Assembly (NCBI GenBank): GCA_002269645.1
Contig: NIVC01000269.1
Location: 62,001-126,000, forward strand
Direction of reading: 5' to 3'
Length of the DNA stretch: 64,000 nucleotides
From: Macrostomum lignano
Taxonomy: Eukaryota
This document shows positions 1 to 31,027 of the stretch, in pieces. Each line of letters starts with the position of its first letter. Within the stretch, counting starts at the first letter, position 1. The position numbers and the translations under genes are program-made. The notes beneath the pieces are model-generated. The model did not search any database. It was given only the letters and a program-made list of their open reading frames with translations, and was not told the origin of the DNA.

Positions 1-545
1 GGGTGGGTGTCAGTTTGGGGTGAGGGAGCAGCAGTGACGCCCGGGGAGTGGGGTGGGTGTCAGTTTGGGGTGAGGGAGCAGCAGTGACGCCCGGGGAGTG
101 GGGTGGGTGTCAGTTTGGGGTGAGGGAGCAGCAGTGACGCCCGGGGAGTGGGTGGGTGTCAGTTTAGGGTGAGGGAGCAGCAGTGACGCCCGGGAGTGGG
201 GTGGGTATCAGTTTGGAGTGAGGGGGCAGCAGTGACGCCCGGGGAGTGGGGTGGGTATCGGTTTGGGGTGAGGGGGCAGCAGTGACGCCCGAGGAGTGGG
301 GTGGGTGTCAGTTTAGAGTGAGGGGGCAGCAGTGACGCCCGAGGAGTGGGGTGAGTATCAGTTTGGGGTGAGGGGGCAGCAGTGACGCCCGGGGAGTGGG
401 GTGGGTATCAGTTTAGAGTGATGGGGCAGCAGTGACTCCCGGGGAGTAGGGTGGGTATCAGTTTGGGGTGAGGGAGCAGCAGTGACGCCCTGAGAGTGGA
501 ATGGTTTGGGTGTCGGTTTGGGGTGCCCAGGGAGTGGGGTGGGTG
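1..545 (+). repeat. 50-bp G-rich minisatellite (~11 units, runs off window)
   Basis: Unit GGGTGGGTGTCAGTTTGGGGTGAGGGAGCAGCAGTGACGCCCGGGGAGTG. Confidence 0.95.
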
Positions 546-1267
546 TTTTACATAGAGAATCTAATAGAGAAAGAATTAATTGATCAATAACTTGACCCAA
601 AGATGCTTTCAGTATTATTGTTTCCTAAATATTATAGCTATTGAAAATTTGCTATAATTTTGCTTTGCTTATATAGTCATAATTCGTTAATTACTGCTTA
701 GAATTTTCGTCCATGCATGCCATTTTGTGACACGCCTCTGTTTCTGCTGGTTTTTATAAGTGCAAGAAAAGCCATCCACATTGATCCGTCGTTAATTTTT
801 AAAAATAAATTTCATTTCTCAACTTTTTAATTTATAATCATATGCCCTAGTGGTACTGTGTCATCTATATTTGCTTATGCAGTTCTTAAAACTGTAAAGA
901 GACAATTTGCCCCAACAATTGAAAAGTCTCTAAGTCGGCAGTTTTATTCACCTGTTATGGCATTTTATCTCTAAGCTTCTTTAATGTGGTATACGGCACT
1001 GAACTTCTAAAGGCATGCTTGTTTAGACCATCACTATTTATGTTTTTGAATATGTTTACCAGCTGCAGTCAGTTCGTTCACCTGTAAATTCTGTGCATAA
1101 GCGACTGTCGATCTTTAAAAGAATTCCTTTATTTATGAGTATGTTATTGCTCTTGTGTTATTGACAATGATATAAAATCATTGTCAATTCCGAAAATGCG
1201 TAACTGCGTTTATTTATTTAGCTTGATTCACTTTGCGTAGGTTTATCGAATAGAGCTTGTGAATTTG

Positions 1268-1298
<31 letters not shown>

Positions 1299-1337
1299 GT
1301 CTGTCTGTCTGTCTGTCTGTGTCTGTCTGTCTGTCTG

Positions 1338-1376
<39 letters not shown>

Positions 1377-1459
1377 GTCTGTCTGTCTGTCTGTCTGTGT
1401 CTGTCTGTCTGTCTGTCTGTGTCTGTCTGTCTGTCTGTGTCTGTCTGTCTGTCTGTCTG

Positions 1460-1494
<35 letters not shown>

Positions 1495-1555
1495 GTCTGT
1501 CTGTCTGTCTGTCTGTGTCTGTCTGTCTGTCTTAGTGTCTGTCTGTCTGTCTGTC

Positions 1556-1604
<49 letters not shown>

Positions 1605-1745
1605 GTCTGTCTGTCTGTCTGTCTGTGTCTGTCTGTCTGTCTGTCTGTGTCTGTCTGTCTGTCTCTGTCTGTCTGTCTGTCTGTGTCTGTCTGTCTGTCT
1701 GTCTGTGTCTGTCTGTCTGTCTGTCTGTCTGTCTTAGTGTCTTAG

Positions 1746-1784
<39 letters not shown>

Positions 1785-1825
1785 GTCTGTCTGTCTGTGT
1801 GTCTGTCTGTCTGTGTGTCTGTCTG

Positions 1826-1860
<35 letters not shown>

Positions 1861-1877
1861 GTGTGTGTGTCTGTCTG

Positions 1878-1912
<35 letters not shown>

Positions 1913-1925
1913 GTGTGTCTGTCTG

Positions 1926-1982
<57 letters not shown>

Positions 1983-1993
1983 TAGTGTCTTAG

Positions 1994-2028
<35 letters not shown>

Positions 2029-2064
2029 TGTCTGTCGTAGTGTCTGTCTGTCTGTCTGTCTGAC

Positions 2065-2095
<31 letters not shown>

Positions 2096-2100
2096 GTCTT
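1268..2100 (+). repeat. (CTGT)n microsatellite with GT and CTTAGTGT interruptions
   Basis: Read directly; ends about 120 bp upstream of the AKTIP ATG. Confidence 0.97.
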
Positions 2101-2221
2101 AGTGTCTATCAAAGAGCAGAAACAAAACAAAGAGCAGAAATCAGCAGACACCAGCAGAGAGCCAAGTGAACACCAGCATTCGTCACACTCACTTCATGTG
2201 AACCACAATACAGAAGCTGCA

Positions 2222-4202
2222 ATGTCAACGTCGGCAACAGCAGCAGCAGCTGCTCCAACGAACCTTCAGCCTGAGCAACAGCAGCAGCAGCAGCTGCCTG
2301 ACCCCATTCTCCTTGCCTACTCAATGCGGCAGGAGTACGCGGCTGCTCTGTACCACCCTGTGCCAGGCCTGTACCCTCTGCCCTCGGCTGTTGACCCCCG
2401 CCTCTGGTACGGCTGCCTCTTCATGCGCCACGGCCCCTACAGGGGTCATTTGGTGCGATTTTGTCTCCGCGTGCCAGCCGACTACCCCTTACCCGGCAGC
2501 GCGTGTCCTCAGCTGACTCTGGCGCCGCCAGCCGCGCCGTTTCATCCGCGCGTAGCGCCCGACACTGGGCTGGTGGAATTGAAGGGCTTCGCTGAGAATT
2601 GGCGACCCGGGGTGCACCGGCTGTGGCAGATTCTGCATCACCTTCGGCGGCTGCTGGCTCGGGTTGAGGTGTCGTGCAGCTCCACTGAGCCTGCCGACAT
2701 TGATGAGGCAGTTGCTAAGGGCCAGTTTGCTAATCCAGAGGCTGCGAGGTTGGTTGCCTATCACCGATTTTTTTATTATTGGGCTCATTCCCCAGCCACC
2801 AAGATCCTGAGTTGCTGGGCCAGCCTCCCAGATCCTCAGTTGCTGGGCCAGCCTCTTAGATCCTCAGTTGCTGGGCCAGCCTCTCAGATCCTCAGTTGCT
2901 GGGCCAGCCTCCCAGATCCTTAGCTGCTAAGCCAGCCCCCCAGATCCTCAGTTGCTGGGCCAGCCTCTGAGATTCTCAGTTGCTCGGCCAGCCTCCCAGA
3001 TCCTCAGTTGCTGGGCCAGCCTCTCAGATCCTCAGTTGCTGGGCCAGCCTCCCAGATCCTCAGTTGCTGGGCCAGCCTCCCAGATCCTCAGTTGCTGGGC
3101 CAGCCTCCCAGATCCTCAGTTGCTGGGCCAGCCTCCCAGATCCTCAGTTGCTGGGCCAGCCTCAAGTTCGGCTTCAGTTTTAAAAAAGTACATTGCGTAA
3201 TTTTGTTTTGCCAGCTTTTTGCCAGGGCTCTTTATTTTGCCGTCACTTTCAAGTAATTTCCGCCTCAATTCTTAACTCGTTACGTTTTTGTTTCCGGGTG
3301 CTATCGCTCCTGTCACATTCTCATGTTCTATAGTTTCCGCTGCCCTTCGTGCGACTGCTTTATTTGCTTTCAACTTTATGTACGAGGTGGCAATCCGTAT
3401 GTAGCTTTTTTCTCTTTTACTTTAGCCAATAACTAACAGCAACATTTAAGCTGCAAATAAGAGCATTAATCTTACTGATCTTACAAGCTCAATACGTTAC
3501 AATTGGTGTAGCCCCACCACTTTGATTAAATCTTCTCTTGAGAAACGCTGTTTTAGAGCGAGAGGGTTTGATTGTAACTGTGAGCTGGGCTTGCGCGATT
3601 AAAACTGTTCAGTGATGCGATCACCACACGTTGTGTATTAAAATGAGGTCTCCTTGCACGAGCCTCCCAGTTCCTCAGTTGCTAAGCCAGCCTCCCAGAT
3701 CCTCAGCTGCTAAGCCAGCCTCCCAGATCCTCAGCTGCTAAGCCAGCCTCCCAGATCATCAGTTGCTGGGCTTCCGCCCAACCCCACGACTAATGTACAC
3801 CATAAAAATACTCATTCTCCACTGCCTGCAACCTCACCCCAACTCAGACTGTACTTGTCAGACCGTGAAGCGTTCCGTCATCGTCTGGAATCAGACGCCG
3901 CGGCTTCATTACAGCCAGCAACTGACGGCTCCGGTGCGGTGGACATCGACTGTGCTGGCGGCATCGGCGAGCTGGACCCCTCAGCCAGGCTTTGGCAGCT
4001 CGCCGCGGCCGAGAATGCCCTGACAGACGAAGGCGACGAGTTTCAAGAGTTGCGCTCGGCGATGTTCGAGGAGGCTGGCAGCAGGGAGCTCGCAGATGCC
4101 TGGTCTGTGGGTCTGTGGCACCTGGGCAGGCGGCCTCTGCCCCGAGTGCCCAGCTGGATGGATCCGGGATCTATGCGGATTCTGAGCGGGGATTATCAGT
4201 GA
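2222..4202 (+). CDS. AKTIP: AKT-interacting protein / Fused toes homolog (UEV-type UBC fold); join(2222..2748,3848..4202), 293 aa
   Basis: Translation ...GLYPLPSAVDPRLWYGCLFMRHGPYRG...PFHPRV...NPEAAR|LYLSDREAFR resembles AKTIP/FTS. Donor AG|GTTGGT at 2749 and acceptor CTCAG| at 3847 are both phase 2 and keep the frame. Confidence 0.85.
2791..3770 (+). repeat. 28-bp minisatellite in AKTIP intron, two clusters (2791-3162, 3660-3770)
   Basis: Unit CAGCCTCCCAGATCCTCAGTTGCTGGGC. Confidence 0.93.
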
Positions 4203-5117
4203 CTGCCGCATCAGTGGCGTGAATGCAGATTATCAGTGACTGCTGCATCAGTGACGTGAATGCAGATTATCAGTGACTGCTGCATCAGTGACGTGAATGC
4301 AGATTATCAGTGACTGCTGCATCAGTGACGTGAATGCAGATTATCAGTGACTGCCGCAGCAGTGACGTGAATGCAGATTATCAGTGACTGCTGCATCAGT
4401 TGCGTGAATGCAGATTATCAGTGACTGCTGCATCAGTGACGTGAATGCAGATTATCAGTGACTGCCGCAGCAGTGACGTGAATGCAGATTATCAGTGACT
4501 GCTGCATCAGTTGCGTGAATGCAGATTATCAGTGACTGCTGCATCAGTGACGTGAATGCAGATTATCAGTGACTGCCGCAGCAGTGACGTGAATGCAGAT
4601 TATCAGTGACTGCTGCATCAGTTGCGTGAATGCAGATTATCAGTGACTGCTGCATCAGTGACGTGAATGCAGATTATCAGTGACTGCCGCAGCAGTGGCG
4701 TGAATGCAGATTATCAGTGACTGCCGCAGCAGTGGCGTGAATGCAGATTATCAGTGACTGCCGCAGCAGTGGCGTGAATGCAGATTATCAGTGACTGTCG
4801 CAGCAGTGGCGTGAATGCAGATTATCAGTGACTGCCGCAGCAGTGGCGTGAATGCAGATTATCAGTGACTGTCGCAGCAGTGGCGTGAATGCAGATTATC
4901 AGTGACTGCTGCATCAGTGACGTGAATGCAGATTATCAGTGACTGCTGCATCAGTGACGTGAATGCAGATTATCAGTGACTGCCGCAGCAGTGGCGTGAA
5001 TGCAGATTATCAGTGACGTGAATGCAGATTATCAGTGACTGCCGCAGCAGTGGCGTGAATGCAGATTATCAGTGACTGCCGCAGCAGTGGCGTGAATGCA
5101 GATTTATCAGTGACTGC
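4191..5117 (+). repeat. 37-bp minisatellite (~25 units) starting in the last AKTIP codons
   Basis: Unit GATTATCAGTGACTGCTGCATCAGTGACGTGAATGCA; period confirmed at 4191 and 4228. Confidence 0.96.
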
Positions 5118-5744
5118 TTTAACATCCAAATAGAAATTGCTTCTGTAAAGCAGAAACAAGCCTCTTGCTTCCTTATTGCTCATAAAAACGATTGAAAAGC
5201 AAATTTGTTAATTTAATTTAATCCGCTTTAAGCTTTTCCATCAGTTTTGTTGCAGGCAAGCGATAATCCTAGAGATTATTCTTCATCCAGCTAATAGCCT
5301 TTTTTGGTTCCTAATCCCGGATCTCAACTGCTTTGGCAGAGACTTATTGCACATTTAATTAATGTCTCTAAATCGGTGTTATTGGGTTTTTTCAGTTTAT
5401 TTTTGCTGAGCAGCTGATAAAAAGATTTGTTTTTCTCATGATATTTTCTAGGTAGGTACATTATCTGCAATCTGCATTAACTATTGATATTTCGTCTTGA
5501 CATACATTTTTTGTTTTACTATATCGAGGAATAATAATCTCTTGATAATATAATGCACTTATTTATATAAATTAGAGATATTATTCTTGTTGTTATTATT
5601 ATCCTACTAACCTTTGTTATCATAATGATTATGCTTTTATGAATAAAATTTTGCACTATTAAAATAGATCGAGTATTGTACTTTCTTTATTCACATCAAG
5701 TTTTGTTTGTTAATAATTCAACAAAAAACTCATCAACATCACTT

Positions 5745-5990
5745 AGGGTACACAGGCTACTGATAAACTCCACTTAAAGTACACAGGCTACTAATAAACC
5801 CCAACTAAATTACACAGGCTACTGATAAACCCCAACTAAATTACACAGGCTACTGATAAACCCCAACTAAATTACACAGGCTACTGATAAACCCCAACTA
5901 AATTACACAGGCTACTGATAAACTCCACTTAAAGTACACAGGTTACTGATAAAACCTAACTAAAGTACACAAGCTACTGATAAACCTCAT
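5745..5990 (+). repeat. 31-bp minisatellite
   Basis: Unit GGCTACTGATAAACCCCAACTAAATTACACA. Confidence 0.9.
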
Positions 5991-6183
5991 TAGCAACTCT
6001 TAGTACAAATGCTAATGAAAACCCTCACAAGCACCCCTTAAAGTACAGTCTTGAAGCCCTACCAGCATACAATAAATTACCCAAAGAACACAAACATTGT
6101 ACATGTAAAAATCAAACAATTTTGTAATTTTTTCTAATGCATGTGAGTTGGAATAAAAAAATATTTTCGCGACGATAAAAGTT

Positions 6184-7386
6184 ATGTCGGAAAGTGACTC
6201 CTCTTCAATTTACAATGGTACAACAACCGAGCGCAATTATAAAAGCTGTATTAGCGGTCAAGGCGAATTGGTCCCGCATGGTCAACTGTTCTACCCGCCT
6301 GGCTTCGATAAGTGCACCACTTGTCGCTGTTCAAATGGAGAAGCGGCCACGTGCCATTCGGTGACGTGCAGCGTTCCTGCAGTCCCTTGTCCCGAAGGTT
6401 AGTGCGTGGCAGTGTTCAGCTGATATTATTAAAACGGCCCTTTTAAGGACGGACATTTAGCTGATATTATAACGGCCCTTTTAAGGGACGACATTAATAA
6501 AACGGCCCTTAGAGGACAGAAATTAATAAAAACGGCCATTTTAGGACCGACATTGATAAAACGGCCCTTTTAGGACAGAGATTAGTAAAACGACATTCTT
6601 AGGGCTGTCATTAATAAAAGGGCCCTTTTAGAACAGATATTAATAAAACAGCCCTTATGGGGCTGACATTAAGGGCAGATATTTAGCTCAACTTATTAAT
6701 ACGGCCTTTTTAAAGAGCAGAAACTTGGCTAATATTTTTTAAACGGCCCTTTTAAGGGCAAACACTCAATCTTACTTACTCTCAAGTAAAATGTCCCTTT
6801 TACACTCTTGAGTCTTTTTTAAAACTCTCCAGGCCAGGAACCGGTGGTAACCAAGCAGGATTGCTGTAGTTTTGCCTGCTTCCCTAGGGGAAGCGTTTGG
6901 GATGGCGGCGGCAGAGGCGGCGGCAAGGATAACGGCATGGACGGCGGAGGCGGAATTGGCACGGATCCAAGCGGCATTCTCACCCTATCCGTAGCTCTGA
7001 TCGCATTCTTGCTAGCCGCTTCATTCTGCGCCCTGCTCTATCTGCTCTATTTGAACCGACGCAGACGCTACGAGCTTCAGCGAGCTCTGTTGGAGCAGCA
7101 GATTCTGCAACAATCTGCCACAGCCGCTAATGCTGCTGGCGATCTGCTTCTAGCACCAACAGTTGCCGCTTCTTACGGTCCGTTTAAACCGGAGCACTCC
7201 GATCCGCCACCTTCTTATTGGGATATTGACCCGCCGATGGAGTTGGCCTCGGTCAGCGCCGCCGCAGATGACACTGAGCAGCGGACACGCCGCCAAGTTG
7301 ACTCTGATTCAGCTTGTTCAGTTGACTGTACACCTGACAATTGTTCTTTAGAACGGGATTCTCGCTGTTCCTCATCGGCGATGTGA
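6184..7386 (+). CDS. VWC-domain single-pass membrane protein, DGCR2/IDD-like C-terminal architecture; join(6184..6397,6833..7386); 5' exon(s) may be missing
   Basis: Cys pattern CISGQG..FYPPGFDKCTTCRCSNGEAATCHSVTC..CPEG|QEPVVTKQDCCSFAC, then a hydrophobic TM (LTLSVALIAFLLAASFCALLYLLYL), basic RRRR stop-transfer and cytoplasmic PPPSY. Phase-1 GT-AG intron 6398..6832. No clear signal peptide. Confidence 0.65.
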
Positions 7387-7481
7387 ACTACGAGAGTACG
7401 AGTGTTTTGGCAGTTTCAGTCTGGCATCTTTGCTTCTTTGAAACAGATATCCGAGTTCTTTTTGAAATGTTGTCAGCTTAG

Positions 7482-8345
7482 TCTATGGGGTGCCGCAATT
7501 GGGGTGTCGATGGGGTGCCGCAATTAGGGTGTCGATGGGGTGCCGCAATTGGGGTGTCGATGGGGTGCCTATTTGGGTTGTCTATGGGTTGCCTATTTGG
7601 GGTGTCTATGGATTGCCTATTTGGGTTGTCTATGGATTGCCTATTTGGGTTGTCTATGGATTGCCTATTTGGGTTGTCTATGGATTGCCTTTTTGGGTTG
7701 TCTATTGGTTGCCTATTTGGGTTGTCTATGGGGTGTCTATTTGGGTTATCTATGGGTTGCCTATTTGGGTTGTCTATGGGGTGCCTATTTGGGTTGTCTA
7801 TGGGGTGCCTATTTGGGTTGTCTATGCGTTGCCTATTTGGGTTGTCTATGGGTTGCCTATTTGGGTTGTCTATGGGTTGCCTATTTAGGTTGTCTATGGG
7901 TTGCCTATTTGGGTTGTCTATGGGTTGCCTATTTGGGGTGTCTATGCGTTGCCTATTTGGGTTGTCTATGGGTTGCCTATTTAGGTTGTCTATGGGTTGC
8001 CTATTTGGGTGTCTATGGGGTGTCTATGGGGTGTCCATTTAGGGTGTCTATGGTATGCCCATTTGGGGTGCCTATGGGGGCCGATTTGGGGTGTCTATGG
8101 GGTGTCCATTTAGGGTGTCTATGGTATGCCCATTTGGGGTGCCTATGGGGGCCGATTTGGGGTGTCTATGGGGTGTCCATTTAGGGTGTCTATGGTATGC
8201 CCATTTGGGGTGCCTATGGGGGCCGATTTGGGGTGTCTATGGGGTGTCCATTTAGGGTGTCTATGGTATGCCCATTTGGGGTGCCTATGGGGGCCGATTT
8301 GGGGTGTCTATGGGGTTTCTATGGGGTGTCTTTGGGGTGCCTATG
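7482..8345 (+). repeat. 24-bp minisatellite with variant and higher-order segments
   Basis: Unit CTATGGGTTGCCTATTTGGGTTGT; downstream of the VWC gene stop. Confidence 0.93.
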
Positions 8346-8819
8346 GAGAGTCAATTTTTAGGTAATTTCTAGTGAATAAGATTCACGAATGAATATTGAG
8401 CCCATTGATCCAATTAGTGATAATAGGCTTTATTCTGTTGCTATTTTCATTATTTTATTAGTTTTTTTCACTGCAGCTTTCGCTTCGATTGTTGCTCTGT
8501 GAAGGCTAGCTTGTGAATATCTCTCTGCCTCTCTTCCCTTTACCCTTCGTTTTGTAAATTATATGTTTATAAATTGCAATAGAGGATTTGTTGTATCGGT
8601 AAATTTTAATTGTGCAACTACGTGTACTGTGTTTCTTAGAAAAACTTTTTTAAACCCCGTGATTTGTCATAAAGAATTCTATTTTACTCAATGCTCACAT
8701 GAACGATCATGTTTTACATCATCATTTTGCTGTAATGTATACCCGTATGTTGCATACTTTTTTTTAAAGAATCTGATTTTTATTGGCATCTTTATTCACT
8801 CATTCTAGATTAGAAGTGG

Positions 8820-9580
8820 AAATGAGATTATCCGACTATTATGGGTGAGATTATCGGAGATTATCGTAGATTAGAGGTTAGATTATCAAATCTAATTGTA
8901 GATTAGGGTTGAGATTATCAGAAATCATTGTATATTATCGATGAGATTATCGGAGATCATTGTAGGTTATCGGTGAGATTATCAGAGATTATAGTAGATT
9001 CGGGGTGAGATTATCGGATATCATTGTACATTAGAGATGAGATCGGAGATCATAGTAGATTCGGGATGAGATTATCGGAGATCATAGTAGATTCGGGGTG
9101 AGATTATCGGATATCATTGTACATTAGGGATGAGATCGGAGATCATAGTAGATTCGGGGTGAGATTATCGGATATCATTGTACATTAGAGATGAGATCGG
9201 AGATCATAGTAGATTCGGGTTGAGATTATCGGAGATCATAGTAGATTCGGGGTGAGATTATCGGATATGATTGTACATTTGGGATGAGATCGGAGATCAT
9301 AGTAGATTCGGGGTGAGATTTTCGGATATCATTGTACATTAGAGATGAGATCGGAGATCATAGTAGATTCGGGTTGAGATTATCGGAGATCATAGTAGAT
9401 TCGGGGTGAGATTATCGGATATGATTGTACATTTGGGATGAGATTATCAGAGATCATAGTAGATACGGGGTGAGATTATCGGATATCATTGTACATTTGG
9501 GATGAGATCGGAGATCATAGTAGATTCGGGGTGAGATTATCGGAGATCATAGTAGATTCGGGGTGAGATTATCGGATATA
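8820..9580 (+). repeat. ~30-bp minisatellite
   Basis: Unit approx GAGATTATCGGAGATCATAGTAGATTCGGG(G/T)T. Confidence 0.9.
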
Positions 9581-10288
9581 GAGACGTGGACTAAGAGTTC
9601 TATTTTAGTATGAAATTTGAAGAAGCTTTCTTTTGTGAAACAGTAGGTGTTGTTTTATCAGAATAAAATAATTTAATAACACGAAGTCACAGTAAATGAA
9701 TAGAATCAAGCATTGATGACTTTTTGTATATTTGTTTAGTACTTATTATTTAGCTATAATCAATCAGCATTGCATACATATTTAGTATTCTTTGCATTTT
9801 AGTTTTAAAAGTTATAGTGTTGAAACATAATGCAATTTTTTTAAGTTTATTAATCGCAATATCTGTTAAATTATTTTTACAATTAATATCGGAGGGGAAT
9901 CTATTTATATATTATAATATAATATACAAGTAAGATAATTGCTTACAAAATATGCTCGATTGCACGTACATATATAAGTATATATTTAAAATAAATAAAT
10001 TGCATCAGTAAACATAAATTTTGCATTAGTAGGTGCATACACTCGTAGTTGACAATACAAATTCGGTGGCTGTTGCATAGTTTTCATATAGTTATTTTTT
10101 TCCGGATTTTTTTGTTTTAAATATCAATTTGGAGTGTTACTTCCATTGGCGAGAATTTAGTATTTAGTTTTTTAGCATTACGTTTACAATGTCACACGTT
10201 CTGGACTTCCTAATTACAAGTGTAACTTATTTCAGGATTTTTTACTAGCGAGAAAAGTTCGCCGATTTTTTTAGTCAGTTCTCCGGGC

Positions 10289-10625
10289 AAACACGAGCAT
10301 ACGAATATGTACTCTCGCTTTGGGGCCGACGGAAGTTCCGTGGATTTTCCCTGTGGCAGAGTTGTCCATGCAAACACAAGCATACGAATATGTACTCTCA
10401 CTTTGGGGCCAACGGAAGTTCCGTGGATTTTCCCTGCGGCAGAGTTGTCCATGCAAACACAAGCATACGAATATGTACTCTCGCTTTGGGGCCGACGGAA
10501 GTTCCGTGGATTTTCCCTGCGGCAGAGTTGTCCATGCAAACACAAGCATACGAATATGTACTCTCACTTTGGGGCCGACGGAAGTTCCGTGGATTTTCCC
10601 TGCGGCAGAGTTGTCCATGCAAACC
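10289..10625 (+). repeat. 83-bp tandem repeat (~4 units) just 3' of the GPCR stop
   Basis: GCATACGAATATG recurs at 10297, 10380, 10463, 10546. Confidence 0.95.
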
Positions 10626-10681
10626 ATGTGTACTATTAATAAGTTCTTCATAATGCAGCAATTATTAGCCATAGCTATAGC

Positions 10682-28622
<17,941 letters not shown>

Positions 28623-28714
28623 CTCAGATGGGAACTGGGAACTGCTAGACTAGGCCAATCAGGGCCGGCCTTCGCATGCGTTGGGTTGGATGTGGGGAGA
28701 GATTGACACAGACC

Positions 28715-28739
28715 AGCTGTCTGTCTGTCTGTCTGTCTG

Positions 28740-28779
<40 letters not shown>

Positions 28780-28932
28780 ATGTCTGTCTGTCTGTCTGTC
28801 TGTCTGTCTTAGTGTCTGTCTTAGTGTCTGTCTGTCTGTCTGTCTGTCTGTCTGACTGTCTGTCTGACTGTCTGTCTGTCTGTCTGTCTGTCTGTCAGTC
28901 TGTCTGACTGTCTGTCTGACTGTCTGTCTGGC

Positions 28933-28963
<31 letters not shown>

Positions 28964-28982
28964 ATGTCTGTCTGTCTTAGTT

Positions 28983-29019
<37 letters not shown>

Positions 29020-29060
29020 GTCTGTCTGTCTGTCTGTCTGTCTTAGAGTCTGTCTAAGTG
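28715..29060 (+). repeat. (CTGT)n microsatellite with CTTAGTGT interruptions
   Basis: Upstream of GPCR exon 1. Confidence 0.95.
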
Positions 29061-30909
29061 CCTGTTTATTTTCCTTTTCAATAAAGCGTTTTTCATTTAC
29101 ATATAAGCTTCATTCTAAACAAACAAACTAAAATTGTCACAGAGCAAATGCATTTACCAGTAAGCAATTAGTTTTTCACTTTTTCAAAACTTTACTCATT
29201 CAAGCTGCGTATGGATAAGCATGGAGTATACAGTCGTATGTAGCCACTGTAGGCCACATCTATATATATTTAAGTAACGAAGCGCAATTACTTTCTATGA
29301 TAATGATCAATCTATAGAAGCGCCGTTACGCAATCAAACTGACGGGCCGATCATTGATTGGATTTTAGCTGACAGAGCAGATTACACCGACTCTGATTGC
29401 TCTCTAGGATTGGCAGCCCATAATTACAGTCTTATTCCTCTCTAGCTATACATAAATATCTGTGTAGCGGACAGAGAGAAAGATTGGTAAACAGATCCGT
29501 GGGATGCAAAAGCAGGAAGCCAGCGCGATGATGATGACAATAATGATAATGACGATGATTTCTCTCTAATATCCACAAATTCTGGAGCAAAGTGGCTCTA
29601 CTGACTGTAGCTGGCTTGTCAACTTTGTAGAGCAATTTATCGTTGGCCATTACTACGAGCGTCTATCAATCATGCTGACTTAGAAAGCATTGTGTGCTAA
29701 TATAGTCGAGTCAATTATGCAAAGTTACACAGCTGGCATTACAAATCAATCTGTATAGCTGATAAAAGCTAGTTTTTACGACCAATAATTGTCACATGTG
29801 TTTCCGCACTTCAATTAGATGATTGCATGATTTCACTTGCAAATCTATATACATGTAGAAGATAACTGATACACCTACAGGTACATGTAAAAGACCCAAG
29901 AGCTTGTTTTGGACTTAACAGTATACTGACAAAATGAATTAGTAACGATCGGGTTTGAATGGAAATACTTGCGTAAACACCTAATGAGATACGGAAGAGA
30001 AATAATATGATACCCCTAGCTGTAGTCTGATCATTTGTTGTTGTTAAACGAGGGTGGAAAGCCGGGGGCTACCCGCGGATCAGTCCGAAAGGGGGCTCTG
30101 CCGCTGAGGGGCACTGCCAGGGGCCTAAGCCCGAGATACCCACATGCTTATTGGGCCCCGACGTCTAGGCCAGGGGGAAATTTTGGTGCTACTAGCCCAA
30201 ACCTACAGTACACGACACCGCCAACCCAAAAGTGGAATCAGGGACGGTACTAGGACCGAGTCCACCCAGGCCACCACCCAGCAGACAAGTCCTCGGGAGT
30301 GCGCAGAAAAAGATTGGAAATGCGAAAAAAGCTTGGGTTATGCGGGGAAACCCCGAAGTCTACGGAAATGGCTTAACTATCAATAACAATCGTCTGATCA
30401 TTTACTGTGTATTTCAATAATCTTCAAAACAGGAACTAAAACTCAGGACAATATACAGCTATATTATCTATCTTCGTGATGTGCCCAGAAGTCATAGATC
30501 TTATAGTATCTTATCTTATAGAATAAAATATCCATGATTATAGTATAGTAGAGCTTTATTAACGTCGTGCTATGCAGGAACAGCTGGAGGGCATGCAATT
30601 AAACGGGCCGTAACAGCCCATAGAGTTCTACATTTATGGCCAAAGCGTTTGGATTAACTCGACAAAAATCAAAACCATATCGACAACTTGATTTAATTGT
30701 CATGCTATATGGAAAAATTCCAGGAAATTGACCAACGAATTAAAGTACATGATCTTTCAGTTTTACGTCTTGTTATACTGCAGTATACTACAGTAGTGGT
30801 CGGTGGTTGCGCCAGTAAACTTATGAACATTTGAAGTCAAGCTTCAAATGAACCGAGTAAGTGAGGCCTTCAAATAATTTTCAAATACGAGCTATGTGAT
30901 CCTTGAGCT

Positions 30910-31008
<99 letters not shown>

Positions 31009-31027
31009 ATAGTAGTAGTAGTAGTAG
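30910..31027 (+). repeat. (TAG)n trinucleotide microsatellite
   Basis: Read directly. Confidence 0.97.

Noticed and set aside
2102-2221. N-terminal extension of AKTIP from a GTG start
   Set aside because: Non-ATG start directly at the microsatellite edge; the ATG at 2222 gives a 293-aa protein of the expected size.
29432-29650. 72-aa ORF upstream of the GPCR
   Set aside because: No splice signals or homology recognised; may be 5' UTR or promoter.
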